Shown here: piece by piece, positions 42,800-57,140 of the stretch
Layout: every line of letters begins with the position of its first letter
Position numbering within the stretch: the first letter of the stretch is position 1
DNA from: Trichosphaerium sp. ATCC 40318
Taxonomy: Eukaryota; Protista; Tubulinea
Assembly: GCA_038496445.1 (NCBI GenBank)
Contig: JALMLS010000213.1
Location: forward strand, 62,001-126,000
DNA: 64,000 nucleotides
Direction of reading: 5' to 3'
Translations under genes and position numbers: made by a program
The notes under the pieces: generated by a model
Seen by the model: the letters and a program-made list of their open reading frames with translations, nothing else
Told to the model about the DNA's origin: nothing
Databases searched by the model: none

Positions 42800-43013
42800 C
42801 TTATCCAAACAAACATGATGTAACAGCGAAAATACAAGCCAAGAAACTGGAATCTTCAGCAATGTAGTTAGTATTTATAGTGGTTATATGTTCACCACTG
42901 CTATTTTGGTTGATAAGCCAACGGCAAACAAAATAGCTAGTAGATGGATTTAAATTGTTATTGAGTGTAAAATAGTGTAGTAGCTCTGTGCTTAACTGGT
43001 GGGCCATACTGAT

Positions 43014-44101
43014 TTACACTCGTCCCCCTTCAACGAATTGGAAATCTGAAAAGTAGGGACCACCAGCCAGGTTAGTTAAAGCCTCCGCGCCACATCTCGT
43101 ACAGGCACATCTGACGCTTTGTTAAGCTCTTTGATGTTAAGTGCTTTCTCCAGTTCTTGTTTGTAGTCCTACAATCTTAACATTTGCAATGAAAAAAAGC
43201 TAGACATTTCTTTGCATAACTACACAGCTGTGTAGCGGAGAAACTGCGACGATTGTATGTACACATTTTTATTACGTATTTTTAGAATCACATTATTAAC
43301 TTGAAGAAAATTTTATCCAACAATCAGTTTTGTAAAAAATAGAAGGGTCACCACGTGATTTGCTTGGTAAAGAATTTAGGAAAATATCATCTACTTTGTT
43401 TTTGGTAGGCGTATGCCTGCCTTTGTATGCGGAGAATGACTGCCAGTGTCGCTTTAGCAACTGAAGTTTAGTCCAAGGATCCTTGTGGAAGTGCTGTGTT
43501 CGTATAACTGCAGGTGAACAAATGGGTACCGTTGTGGTAAGACTGTGAGTTTCTTGGTATTTCTTCAACCGAAGTGTATTTTTCCTCCTTCTTCTTCTTT
43601 TGACAAGTTGCCTGCTGACCCATTTGGGTGGAGAAACAGTCTTGCCGTCGTAATACTGCGGGTATTGCGTTCGGTGGTTTCGAAGCCCGTTCAACTTCAG
43701 CGAAAGGTGCTTCGGGAAGAAGTTTGGGTGTGCGTTTTTCTTTATATTCTTGTGTGTACTGCTAGACATTTCAAAGTTAGTTTCTCCGTTGAGGTACCGG
43801 CAAAATGGGAGATGGGTCTTTCTTCGGGTTTAGTTGGTAAATGCTAAAGTTTTGTCCCAAAGAATAGTTTATTTGGTGGGCTAATTCATTGCTTTTTTTA
43901 CAAAAGGGAAAACAAAACAAAAACTTGCAAAGCGCATTTTTCGTACCACGTTATTTTGGGTTTAGAGCAACGTACAGGTTTGTATGATCTGCAGTGGTTG
44001 TTTCTTCCCCACATACTCACCAGTGCTTTTGCTGCTGCATCGCATGGGCTTTTAAAAGGCGGGTATAGAACCACATTATTTGTATGCTCTGTTGTTATCA
44101 T
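43014..44101 (-). CDS. Hypothetical basic protein (exon structure unresolved)
   Basis: Open frames 43898-44101 and 43296-43769 plus an acceptor-bounded segment near 43170. No unique in-frame model found. Confidence 0.3.
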
Positions 44102-45523
44102 CTCGTGCTGTTGCGTTTGTTGTGTTTTGTTCTTTCAAATGAATACAATAACCAAAAAACTAGTTTGGTGAAGATTTTTGTTCGCTAAAGTACTGACACT
44201 AGTTTTAATTGCGCACGTGATTGCTTAGATGCGCAGATACGTTTTTTTTTTCTTTAGCGAGTTATAAAGTGCGGAGATGGTGAGCGTGTGAACCTCAGGG
44301 CTAAGAGCGGACAAACTCTTGCAGGTAGAACGGAAAAAATCTTTGTTGAGCAGTTTTTACGTAGAAGTTCGAAAAAAACAGTCAAAACGGCAAAGCAATG
44401 TATAACAACACGAAACAAAGACATGGGCAATAATAACCCAGTTTTGTTCGTCGGCTGAATCACCCAGATTATCACTAAAACGAGAGAGACACGTAGAAAT
44501 AAATCTACGGAATAAAACCTCCTCACCCAAAATGCCCCTTTGTTACTTGTAAGACGATTGCGAGTAAAATTGTACATACAAGTTTCTCCTTTTATTTTGA
44601 TGCATTTGCTTTAATGTTTTAAAGCGTATAATTTACGGAAAACATGTGGGACATTACAGCGAACACTAGAATTTCATTTTCTGGAGGCCGCTGTAACCTT
44701 TACGGAAGTGATTTTTTTTTAGCTCAAAAAAAACAAAAAGAAACTACGTCGTATTTTTTTATGTAGTTCTCCTCCGCAATTTATTATATTTTTATAGTAT
44801 CCGCATAGTGTATTTGCGTATTTTGCGAGTTTGTGCGAAATAATAGTAGAAGGTATTTTGTATCTGAACATAATCTTTTCAACATAAGAACATTCGGAAG
44901 GCACTCGCACAGCGTCCGTTGAGCTCCGTGGTCTCATAGGACTTTTGGTAAACTCCTGTGCTCTTGTAATTGAATATGAGATAGTTTGGAGCGCCTACAA
45001 GTGGTTAAACTAGTATTCTTTAGGTGAAGTTTAATCGCTGTATTTAGAAACTCTACAAATCTCGGCCCATAATTTAGGTTAAAATCCAACCAATAAACTA
45101 TTTATTTGTTCGGACAAATCTAAAAAGATCCAAGTGTGCACCTTGGTATAAACACTACCTGGTCGGTACACTTTTTTTTTTGATCAAAAATCAGGGAATC
45201 TCATTGTTAAAAACACCAGCGTAATGAATAAAAAGAACCCTAAGGTAGCTTAATAAACCTTAGTATTGATTAGATTTCTCACAGTTTACTAGCCTTCGCA
45301 ACTCCTCCTGATTGGGATTCACGTATAACTGTCCCAGATTGAAACGCTAGTTAATTCGTTGTTTAGTACTATCACAAGTGAGCAAGCCAAAAAAAAAAAG
45401 TGAACGTGCCAGTGATACTGTTGCAGAAGCTACTAATTTCCCGCATAGCCCGCATAAACCAAAACCAAGCACAACGTACAGCATAATACTGAATGTTGGG
45501 TTAACATTGCTTTTATTCTTATG

Positions 45524-47306
45524 TTACATACGCAGTACAAAGCTGCTTGATGCTTCATCCGAAGGATTTGTCGGGAAAGCAGCACGTTGTCTTGATTCAT
45601 TACGTTTTTCTCTTCTATCATCTTTTTGTGGCCAAGTTTGCATAAAATCAGGGTCTGTAGGTGGTGGAGACTCTTCAAAGTAGGCATGTCTAACAGCATC
45701 TTTTGCTGTTATTCTTTTTTCAGGATTATAACATAACATATTCATTAAAAGTAAAAATCCTGTTTCAGTAAGCCTATCCTTAGCTATTTTAGAGCGTATA
45801 TTATTATAAGGCTGATTTTCGAATTTTACCTAGTGTTAGATATGTTAGTACTCTACAACGAGCAACTCGTAAACGTTTACTACTTGTTTGGAAAAAAATA
45901 CCAAAAAACACGTGAAAATTGTTCAAAGTAGAAATTTCAATAAAAAAGCCCAAGTTCAGCTTAGTACGTACTTTTTGTACATTGGGTAGCTTGGAAAATC
46001 CGGGCCAGAGCTTCTCGTTAGGTGTTCCAAGTAGTTTGAACATCTGAAAAACATTTAGTGCTCACTAAAGTAGAAAGGAGATTAAATGCATACTTGATCA
46101 AGTTGTTCAAGCTCACTACGACCGGGTATGAGAGGTTCTCCTGTAAGTAGTTCTGCGAATACACATCCTACGGACCACATGTCTATGGCTGTTGAATATA
46201 TTCGCTGTCCAAGTAAAAGTTCAGGGCAACGGTACCTTAGATTGGGTAAGAAAAATTTACAACTAATGCCACTTTTACGCACCACAGAGTTACAACCGGT
46301 TGTGACATTGCTGCTAAAGGCTCACTGTAGGCTCTTGCTAAACCAAAATCACATATTTTAATAACGCCTTCGTTATTTAGAAGAAGATCTTGGCGTTAAG
46401 GAATAAAAAGGTAAACAAGTTTTCCAACAAAACACAAAGAAGGATACTGGATGTCTTGATATCACGATGGATCAACCAACTTTCGTGTAAGTATTCAAGC
46501 CCTTGTAATAAGCCCAACATGAGCGTTTTAACCTGCGAGGGTATCAGTGTGGGTTCATTTGGTATCAATTTTTTTAATGAATAAAAAAAATTGCATTGAC
46601 ACTTCTACATACCTCTCCAATCTTAAATGGTGATTTCATATCTTCCATTAAAGCCTTTAGATCATGGTCCAAAAATTCCATTACAATATATATGCTACAA
46701 AGGGGTAAGACCAGAGCTGTTGAAATTTGAAAAAATCGGAAACTGATGTTTTTTCTTTTGGGCTTTTATGCTCTTTACCTGTTGATATTTGGGCCTATGA
46801 CTATTTCTTTTACATCTACAATATGTGGGTGTTTACATTTCAGGAGTATATCCACTTCACGAAGACTTGTGAGCGGAAATCCTTCCTTTTCTTTTTGCAT
46901 TTTTACTTTCTTTAGTGCTACGATTTCTCCTGTTTGTTTGTCCTTTGCTTTGTCTACAACTGTGTTAGCTCCCTACGCGTATGTAAAAATCATTTTCGTA
47001 CAGACAACGCCGAATGTGCCCTCTTCTATTCTGTTCACTTTGGCGAATGCGTCAACGGATCTACATCCTTGTAATACCGCGTTGGCAGGTACTTTCGGTG
47101 GTCTATAAGCTACAACTTTCTTTTCTTCCACTGGCGCTTCAGTTGGTTCATCCACCTTCTGTTTCTTTGACGTGTGCTCTGTTCCGTCTAACTTTTTGTT
47201 TTAGTTACCTCAATTTAAATAGTGATAACCACAGATGACTAGATTACGTACTTCCGTCGGTTCTGGGACGTTTTTCACCAACAATCTCTACATTTTGCTC
47301 TGACAT
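45524..47306 (-). CDS. CDK11: Cyclin-dependent kinase, CDK11/CDKG type
   Basis: [90 protein letters not shown]. Confidence 0.88.
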
Positions 47307-47460
47307 GCGGTTATGACACTAGTATTAAACGTTGATATGCTGGTTTAACGTCCAAAGCAATGCAAACGCTAAGAGTCAGTTGTAAAAATAGCTGTGAGAC
47401 TTTTTCTCAGACAACAAAAAGTCAAAACTTTGCTTGCTTTTCTACTTGTTGCGCACTAAC

Positions 47461-49295
47461 ATGGATTTCAAGTATGTTACTTTCAATTTTACTCGGCTAA
47501 AGCCTGTACAGAGCAGAACTAACTAAAAAAGCCTCAACATTCGCTGCGCAGTACAAAAACGCGCTCTTTGATAGTGTGATACCTTTTTGGTGCGTAATGA
47601 CGCTGTTTCCTGCCTTCTAATAAGCTAAAGGGAAAAAAACTCTCCAGATAAAGAAAATGGCGGTTATTTCACTTGTCTCGATACTACAGGTACTAATATC
47701 TTTAGATTACCAGTACTAGATATCTAACACTATTCAAGGCAAAGTTTTTGACACTGACAAGTTCATATGGTGCGCACGTGATGTTCTGAATTATACGTTA
47801 TAACTAACAAAGAAAACTAATGAAGGTTGCAAGCTAGACAAGTGTACATGTTTTCAAAATTCGCTGTTAACTACAAAGAAAACGCCAAAGCAAAGGAGTG
47901 GCTTGCACTTGCTAAGCTAGGTGCTGACTTTCTTGCAGCACATGGAAAGGATGAACAAGGTACAGAGCGTTCATTGTAACGGCAATTGCTAAGTAGATTT
48001 CTAAGGCCATTTCTATTTTTCTTTGAATAAGGAGGGTAAACCTTTAGTGCAGCCTTACAGTATCTTCAGGTAATTTCAAGCGTCAGTACGTTTACTCACA
48101 CTTATGATTAGCGATTGTTTTGCCTGTATTGCATTTGCATGGTATTTTAAAGCTTCTGGGGAAGGTGAGTTAGACATCTTTGTTCTTGTGTACTTACTAA
48201 TATTTTTAAAGCTTGGGCTAAGAAACTGGCGCTTGAGACGTTTGACAACATTGAAAAGCGTAAGAGTAGTCCAAAAGGAAAATGGGAAAAGAGTTACCCA
48301 GGTACAAGAGGGTATCATAGCTTGGGCGTCCCTATGATCGATCTCAACATTACAATGGAGCTACAAGTAATTATTATTTATTGTTTCACAGTTTGATTTA
48401 TACATAATAGGAAGTGTTCGGTAATGAATTTTCCTTTGATGATAGAATTGAAGCAAACATTAAAGAGGCGTTATCGCATAATGTGAGCTCCTACTTTTGA
48501 GCAATTGAACATAACATTGACTTTACTAATATAATTACAGTGTGGTAGATGTCTCAGAGAGAATATTGCAGAAAAGGATATGGATACGTTTGATGGACGT
48601 CTTGCGAACCCAGGTCATTCCATGGAAGTATGTAACGGCTTTAAACTTAAGCGTTATGTAATATTGTTTGTAGGCATTGTGGTTTCTTATGGATTGCAGT
48701 AATAAGATTGGAAAGAAGGAGTTGATAAACCAATGTGCTGATTTGATGATTGCAACGCTCGAGTTGGGTTGGGACAAGAAGTTTAAGGGTATTTTTGTAC
48801 CTGTGTAGGCTCTTTTATAATAAGTATATCAATAGGTATATTTTATTTTGTAGACCTCGAAGGAAAACCACCTCAACAGCTGGAATGGGATCAAAAACTA
48901 TGGTATGTTTTTGTTGAACTGGATTTGTTAATTGTAATAATAGGTGGGTTCACCTTGAATCACTTGTTGCTATGGGTCTTGCATTTGAATTAACAGGACG
49001 CAATGATGTTGCTGAGTGGTATTTGAAACTACACGAATATTCTTGGAGTCACTTTCCTGACGAGGAGCACGGAGAAGTACGCTGCGGAAGTAGACATTTT
49101 TTGCTAACCTCAGTTAGTGGTTCGGATACTTGAATCGTCGTGGTGAAGTGCTACTGAATCTCAAAGGAGGCACGTGATTATTTTAATAGTGCAAGTAACT
49201 TACAAGTTGGTTCAGGCAAGTGGAAAGGATTCTTTCATGTGCCGAGAGCGTTGGAACTTTGTGCAGATATCTTTACGCGCGTAGCCAAAAAATAA
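47461..49295 (+). CDS. N-acylglucosamine 2-epimerase (AGE family)
   Basis: [94 protein letters not shown]. Confidence 0.92.
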
Positions 49296-49349
49296 ATATT
49301 GAGTCGTTAAGGACTGTTAAGTTGAGTTATGTGACACTTTGTGTCAAGT

Positions 49350-50798
49350 ATGACAGAAAGCGCGCTACGGTTGTTGAAAGAGGAGATGAAGGCTCTTGAT
49401 GAAGCCAAACGATCAATTGATGCTGCAGCGTCTAGTCGCGTTGTTCCTGTTACTCAAGGTATTAAATGAAGCGAAACGTAAGGATTTAGGACAGTTAGAG
49501 TATCACGGAAGTGCTTATGATGACGAATGGGATAAATTGGAAGCTAGTATCGAGTAGGGAGCTAAATTTTTGGTTTAAACTGCATAAAATGTAAAATTAT
49601 CTCGACAGCTTTCTGACGCTTAAAAAACAGTGTAAACATCGGCGATGGCGTACTGGATGAGTTTGACGCATTACACATTGAATCAGCAGACGTCTTTGAA
49701 GAACCGCCCTCGGAAGAACCGAAACCAGCGCAAGATGGCGCTCCAGTACTAAGTACACTACCAAAGACGTAAATAAGTCGAAATACTAACATTTTTGAAC
49801 AGATGTACTGGACAGCCTTATGGGTACACTAAAAACATTCGAAGACGTATCTAAAGACCGTCAACAAGCTATATTAAAGAATAAAATGAAACAAAAGATA
49901 GACCAAAAAATACGTTCAAAAACATCTCCTAGAGGTGTTACCTATCCTGCTCAAAACGAAAGAAATACAATATCAACATATTCATCAACCGTTAGCCCTA
50001 GTATTAGCAATATACAAATTAGTTCAACGTCACCGCCGATAACTAGCACGTGCGTATATTTTCTTAGAACTATGTAGTATTCACAACAGAGGTAGAGGGA
50101 AGCCTTCCCAAATGCAATTTCACTCAACTGTACAAAGTAACGTAGGTTACTCCCATACGCAAAATCAACCAGTTCACAGTGGTGCAACCACAGTAAACTA
50201 CTCTAGTCAACCAAAACCAAACCAGGCAAATAACAACACAATGCCAGAAAACAAACGAATTCTGTTGGTGAATTGGGCAAAGGAATGTATTAGTAAAAAC
50301 ATTCTTGTACGTCATTTTAAGATTACGTATCACGAGTACTCTTATTCATCAATGTTCCTAGCATGTATTATCTATGAGCTTGCAGGTGCTTAACAAGTCT
50401 ACAGCTCTAGAACCTGTAAAAAAATTACTTTTAACTATAAAACAAATACAAACATCTTTGGATGTATTACCACTTCACTTATCAAATATTACACCTTTAC
50501 CTTCTCCCTCAAGTACGTATATCTTGGTTATTTCCTTTATAGTTAATACAATATTGTTTAATTAATTTCTTCAGCCACAACTGATCGTTTTCAAACACTT
50601 AAAAACGTGATTGAACATAAATATTCAACTGCTATTTCCATTTTCAGTAAATTGCTGAGGTACGTTTGACTTATATTTTCGTAGCCACATGCCTTCTAAG
50701 TACTTAAAAATAGTGTGCTTGATACGCCTGATATCAATGATGGAGAGTTGTTACAAGTAGTACGAGCTCTCAAAGCTATAAAAGCTATTTGTACTTAA
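49350..50798 (+). CDS. Hypothetical multi-exon protein with a Ser/Thr/Pro-rich middle
   Basis: From MTESALRLLKEEMKALDEAK to ...LQVVRALKAIKAICT*, with canonical short introns. No family recognised. Confidence 0.6.
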
Positions 50799-50824
50799 AT
50801 CAATAAAATTTTTTACTACCATGA

Positions 50825-51060
50825 AGCTTCTTTAAAAAGTACAGATCTCTTTAAAGCTTTAACACCTCCATCTGTTATATTATCACACTTGATAAATCAA
50901 TTGTATGTACACCTCTTAATGCTTTAACACCTTCATCATAGCTCGCTAATATCAATGAATGCCTTCAAATGCTCGCCAAATCAGTATCATTCAAATCATC
51001 CCTTGTCTTAACTTTGTGACATCCGTAAAACAATGCACAAAAACTTGTGAAGATTAACTT
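50825..51060 (-). pseudogene. Decayed leucine-rich-repeat gene fragment
   Basis: The minus strand gives DEGVKALRGVHTIDLS / CDNITDGGVKAL across a frameshift, with nearby stops. Confidence 0.55.
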
Positions 51061-51346
51061 GTTCGTAACCAACAATACTCTGAATAATATCAATCCTAAG
51101 ATGACACGATTGAGCCACATTGCGCTTGTTCAAAGGAGAAATTCATTGCAACACTGTTTGTAGATTTCATGAAAAGTCAAAATTGAGCTACACTGAAGAA
51201 TATTGTCTGGTAATATTATTTTATTGATTGGTACGATAGTGTACGACTACTCGTATCACGCCAAATATTCTAAAATGCTCTACGAATGCCTTAGACTCCT
51301 CAAATGAACAAAGAACGTTATTAGACCCGTTAACAGTTGTTTTTAT

Positions 51347-51781
51347 TTAAATGAAATCAAAGTAGATATCAGCGTGTTTGTAACATGTTTTACCGTCTTC
51401 AATGGCGATTTTAGCAACAACATACTCGCATGTAGCAAGACTGCTGTCTTTTCCTTTGTATTGGTACACAATGTACTTCAAAGTCATAGTCTCCTCGCAG
51501 AAATCAAGGTCACCAAGGATGTACTTGCTTTCAACGTAAACTGACTTCATATTATCTTCGACGGTAGCAATCCACTCATCAAGACTCTTGTACTCCGTTT
51601 TGGATGAAGCGTTGACAAAGAAGTTGAAAGAGTGCTCTTTTGTGTATAGAAAGCGAAGTGTGGCAATAAGCTCTTCGAATGTGCTTGCTCTTGAGTTTTT
51701 GAGGAAGAACTTACGGACATCTAGTACAACGCGTTCGCGTAATGTTGTAGGTACAGGTTCGAATTGAGAAGTTGTTGCCAT
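51347..51781 (-). CDS. Intronless 144-aa protein, possibly NTF2/SnoaL-like fold
   Basis: Clean ORF from MATTSQF to YFDFI*. It has N-terminal helices followed by beta-strand-like segments ending IAIEDGKTCY..IYFD. Confidence 0.6.
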   Translation of the reverse strand: MATTSQFEPVPTTLRERVVLDVRKFFLKNSRASTFEELIATLRFLYTKEHSFNFFVNASSKTEYKSLDEWIATVEDNMKSVYVESKYILGDLDFCEETMTLKYIVYQYKGKDSSLATCEYVVAKIAIEDGKTCYKHADIYFDFI

Positions 51782-52693
51782 GTTGTTTACTGTGAGGTGT
51801 AATAAAAATGATGTGACGTTTATTGACAATTCTCCAAATTACCTTAAATGTCATGTGAATCTTGCGTGAAGTTTTCCAAATCCTAAAGCAAAATGTTGGG
51901 AAGTTCCTTTTCCTAAATTATTACGTCATTCATGAACACTTGTACTATCCGCTGGTTCTCTCCAGACGTTGAGAGAACCAGTATAGCCTGACGTAGCCAA
52001 ACACGCACCTTATACTGCGTTATACAGTGCAAATAAAACCAAGTACTTCCCAGCTCTTGTTTTTTGAACGGCACTCGAGCGCTCTTTTTTTACTTTACCC
52101 AACGGGTTTGTTGACACTTTTCCATGTTTGTTTACAATCAGTGTGCTCCTTGATAATTTCTGATAATACGGAATGCTAGGATGTTGAAGCTTGACTCGCA
52201 GAAAAAGAAAGGCTATTTGTCCAAGCTTACAAAATGTGCCAAAGTTTATTCTTCATGCAAATTGATGTGTCTCGCTTTGATTAGCACTCTCAGAAAACTA
52301 CATTACCTCATTCCTTACTAACAACAAACCAGGGCGTGCATTCTCACTCTCATGCTTAATAAAGTCACACAGATTGAAGCTTGTACATTGTACAGTGGAG
52401 TTGACCCGGACACTAAAGATGATAGGCGATATACCGCTTTTTAGCTAGTCATTACTCAAAACCATTTCCAAGTCTCATAATTTGTGACTTGCCAGCACAT
52501 AAATAAATCATTTGGAGTTGGTAAAACGAACACGTCAAATCCTAAAAAAACTCACAAGAAATGCGCAGTCGTTAGTTTTATAAGATACACCACATTTTTT
52601 ACAGTGGCTAACCTTTTTTTGATGCTTAGTAAACTCAGAACCAACATTTAAAGCTGTGTTGCACTACCAAACCTTGTTCGTTATTTGAAACGT

Positions 52694-54219
<1,526 letters not shown>

Positions 54220-54314
54220 TGCAAAATCAGGTGTATTGAAATGCAATCAACTTAAGCATGTTTGTTTAAGTTGTCTTTTATTTTGTCATGTGCTTACGAC
54301 ACAAAAGTAAACAA

Positions 54315-54490
54315 GCTTTTCCTCCCATTCAAGCCACTAAAGCAGGCGGGAAACCGGTTAAACCTCAGCAGAAATCACAAAAGAAGCTCACTATAGTGAC
54401 TCGGACAATAGGGTAAACAAAACTGCGAATGAGTCGGGCAAATCACATACCGAGCATTCCAAGGTAGACTGAAGGCTTATATGAGTGTAA
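54315..54490 (-). pseudogene. Degenerate duplicate of an internal exon/intron segment of the reductase (53530-53700)
   Basis: caggcg..gaaaccggttaaacct, gaaatcacaaaaga, tgactcggacaat and ggcttatatgagtgt are shared in the same order. Confidence 0.75.
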
Positions 54491-55121
54491 TAGTATAATA
54501 GCTTTTGTTGGCATCATCACATGCTCAGGAAAGTGTAGACAAAGCGTCATAACTCAACGGTTCTGTGAACGAAAAAAGAACGAAGTAATGTTTTTACCGC
54601 CGTTTTAAATAATCGTTTGAGTTACGAAACGGTGCATGATTATGGCGATTTAAACAGATATTACTTGCGGTCCTGGTAGTTCTGTGTACGCCTTCGACGT
54701 TTACTTGTTGTTGTTAGTAGTAATTTAGCACAGCGAAGGTAATAATAACTAGGTAATCAATGCTACGTGAAAACTGCACTTTAATCACTGTAAAGGGCGA
54801 AATACATTATTAGAAAATGTGCAATTTTGGCTAATGTCCTATTTTTAACGAAAGCTACTAATAGCTCTACAACCTCTTACATACAATAAACAAATAAATT
54901 GAGCACAAAAACCATTTTGGTAATGAAGAAAGGAAAACTACCCCGATAACAATCAAACGCATCAAAAAAGCTATTTCTAAAGTTTCTAAAGTTAACAAAA
55001 AGGAGAAAACGCTCGCTACGTGTAGCGAGTTTAGGTTGTCTTTTCAAATGTCGTGTAGTGAGAGGGTTTTTTTTGTTGTTTAGTTGCAAACTAGCGAGAT
55101 AGAGTACAGTAGTGTTTATTT

Positions 55122-55677
55122 ACAAGGCTTTTAATCTATTTCCCTGTTGTAGACTTTCTCCCGTTTTACAACTCGGAAAAGTCAATCTACACAAGTTCAG
55201 TAGCGTGTTTGCATTCTGGCTGATAGCCTAGAAGGGTTATTAGCTAATAAGCACGAAACATCCTTACACTTTTTTGTAGCGTTTGAAAAGGACGTACCTT
55301 TTGTTGGTTGTAAATAGAGGGTTAGGCTTTCCATTTGGTCCTGGTATATCGAAAAAATCTCTGTTTAGCTCTGCAAGTTTCTGATCCTTGTGCTTTCGCG
55401 TGTTTAGGATCCTTCTAGTATGCTTTACTACACCGGAGACAATACCAATAGCATTCATGTTGCACGAGTAGTTGTAACGAAAAATGGAGTGCACAAAACA
55501 CGTAAACGAAGTAGAAATTTCACCACTTTTTGACTTGAAATGATATCTTTAAATAAGCCAGATCTCTGATAAGTTTTTCCAAGTTTCCATGTGGCGTCCA
55601 TCTTTAAAAGCGTATTTGAATATAATTCCTAGTTTGCGTAAAAGCTTCATGCCTTTTTTAACTTCAAACGCCGCCAT
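55122..55677 (-). pseudogene. Possible disabled gene of unknown family
   Basis: The frame MAAFEVKKG... is open to a GTACGT donor near 55297 apart from one TAA (~55549-55551). The downstream exon has stops. Confidence 0.25.
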
Positions 55678-55964
55678 TCGAAGGTAAACAACCCTGATCA
55701 ATTAAATAGACGCCCAAGGACAGATTGGAGCCTTCCGGAACATATTACTATTTTTGTCAAATGTCACCCATTTGTTGCCTTTTTAAAAACACGTGAAGCA
55801 TGAAATTTCTCCGGGCTATATACTCCTGTCAACGAAATTTCGTCGAACTAAAAAGTATACTACAGTAGTTCCTTGATCGCCCATTTATTTTTATGAACAC
55901 CTATTTTAACAAAAAAGAAATCTCATTAACTTGCGAATGCGTTTTCAATGCACCATGTACATCA

Positions 55965-57064
55965 TTACGAGTGTAAGAATTCTCTCCATATTTCTTTAAT
56001 AACGTCCTATGTAAGGTAGTTAATTAAGAGCGTTTTACTAGCGGTGCCGTACGTCATCGAAATTAAGTTTAAAACTTGATTCCAGTTCTGCTTTTGCTTC
56101 TGCCGATAAATTATCTTTTGGTGCAATATTTTTTAATACATCTTCTCGTGTAAACTCTGGATGTGCTTGTATACCCAAGAACTTATCTTTATAAGAAAAC
56201 ATCTCTACTGCTGCACCTTTAGACGTTGCCAAGACATCTACAGTGTCTGGAACACTATGTACTTGATCGCCATGACTTTCTTCAAATTCACGCGTTAGTG
56301 GACAGTATTACGTTCTTAGTTCGATTAAATGTATAGTACCAATACAAATAAACTGTTTATCAATATTTCTGTCTTTGTATTTGGATAGAACAGGAGAAAT
56401 ATAAGTTTTTGTCGTAAATCTTCGAAAAATAAATAAGTTTCGCGTATAAATTTGGTACAAGTACTTTTTTGTTGGTTTTATGACCTCTGCACGAAGTACA
56501 GTCACTTCTCCAGGGTTTTTAGCAACTTTACCGCCCAAAGCTACAAATGTCGTGTCAACCAGATTTTGACACGCACTAATACCAATAGTATCTTAAAAGC
56601 GTACCAAACGCAATAAGTTGATGTCCAAAGCATCCACCTAATAATTTTGGCGTATTAGGACCAACACACTTGAGTATAAAGTCCTTCAGGTCTAAAATCC
56701 ACTGGTCTTTGTCTATGATACGAAATAAGCGGCTGCGCGCTACAAATCAGCGTACCATACGCAGATGAGCTACTTCCGGTTATAACAACGCCTTTATACG
56801 TCAATAGCTTCTCCCAATCTATTTTTTCCTATGAATAACGTTTATTGACGCTCAAACAACAAATGTTGACAAAATCACTAATTATTTTTGTTACGTGCAC
56901 CTTTGTTGGATCGTATATCTCCCATATATCACCACCACGCTTTAAGTGATCTGCAGTAATGTTAATGTAAAAAAATTATCATTCGGTACATTACCTACCC
57001 AAACCTGACCGTGCCCATTCCATTCGTCTCCATGAAGCACATCTAGAACAGCGAACTTTGACAT
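55965..57064 (-). CDS. Class I glutamine amidotransferase-like protein (gamma-glutamyl peptidase-like)
   Basis: GVVITGSSSSAY, GGCFGHQLIA (nucleophile Cys), ESHGDQV, LGIQAHPEF (His-Glu). Confidence 0.9.
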
Positions 57065-57140
57065 TTCGTTCGACAATGATTTGTACAAACAGACTTAAAG
57101 CGACCAACTAGTCTTGAATCTGTTCTACACGCGACACAGT

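Noticed and set aside
44719-45130. Possible small gene or RNase P/MRP-like RNA
   Set aside because: An acceptor-bounded open frame exists on the minus strand, but I found no consistent start or homology, and the P4 pairing motifs are not both present.
51952-51981. 11-bp perfect inverted repeat (ctggttctctc/gagagaaccag)
   Set aside because: A single occurrence with no supporting context. Bacterial-style terminators do not apply here.
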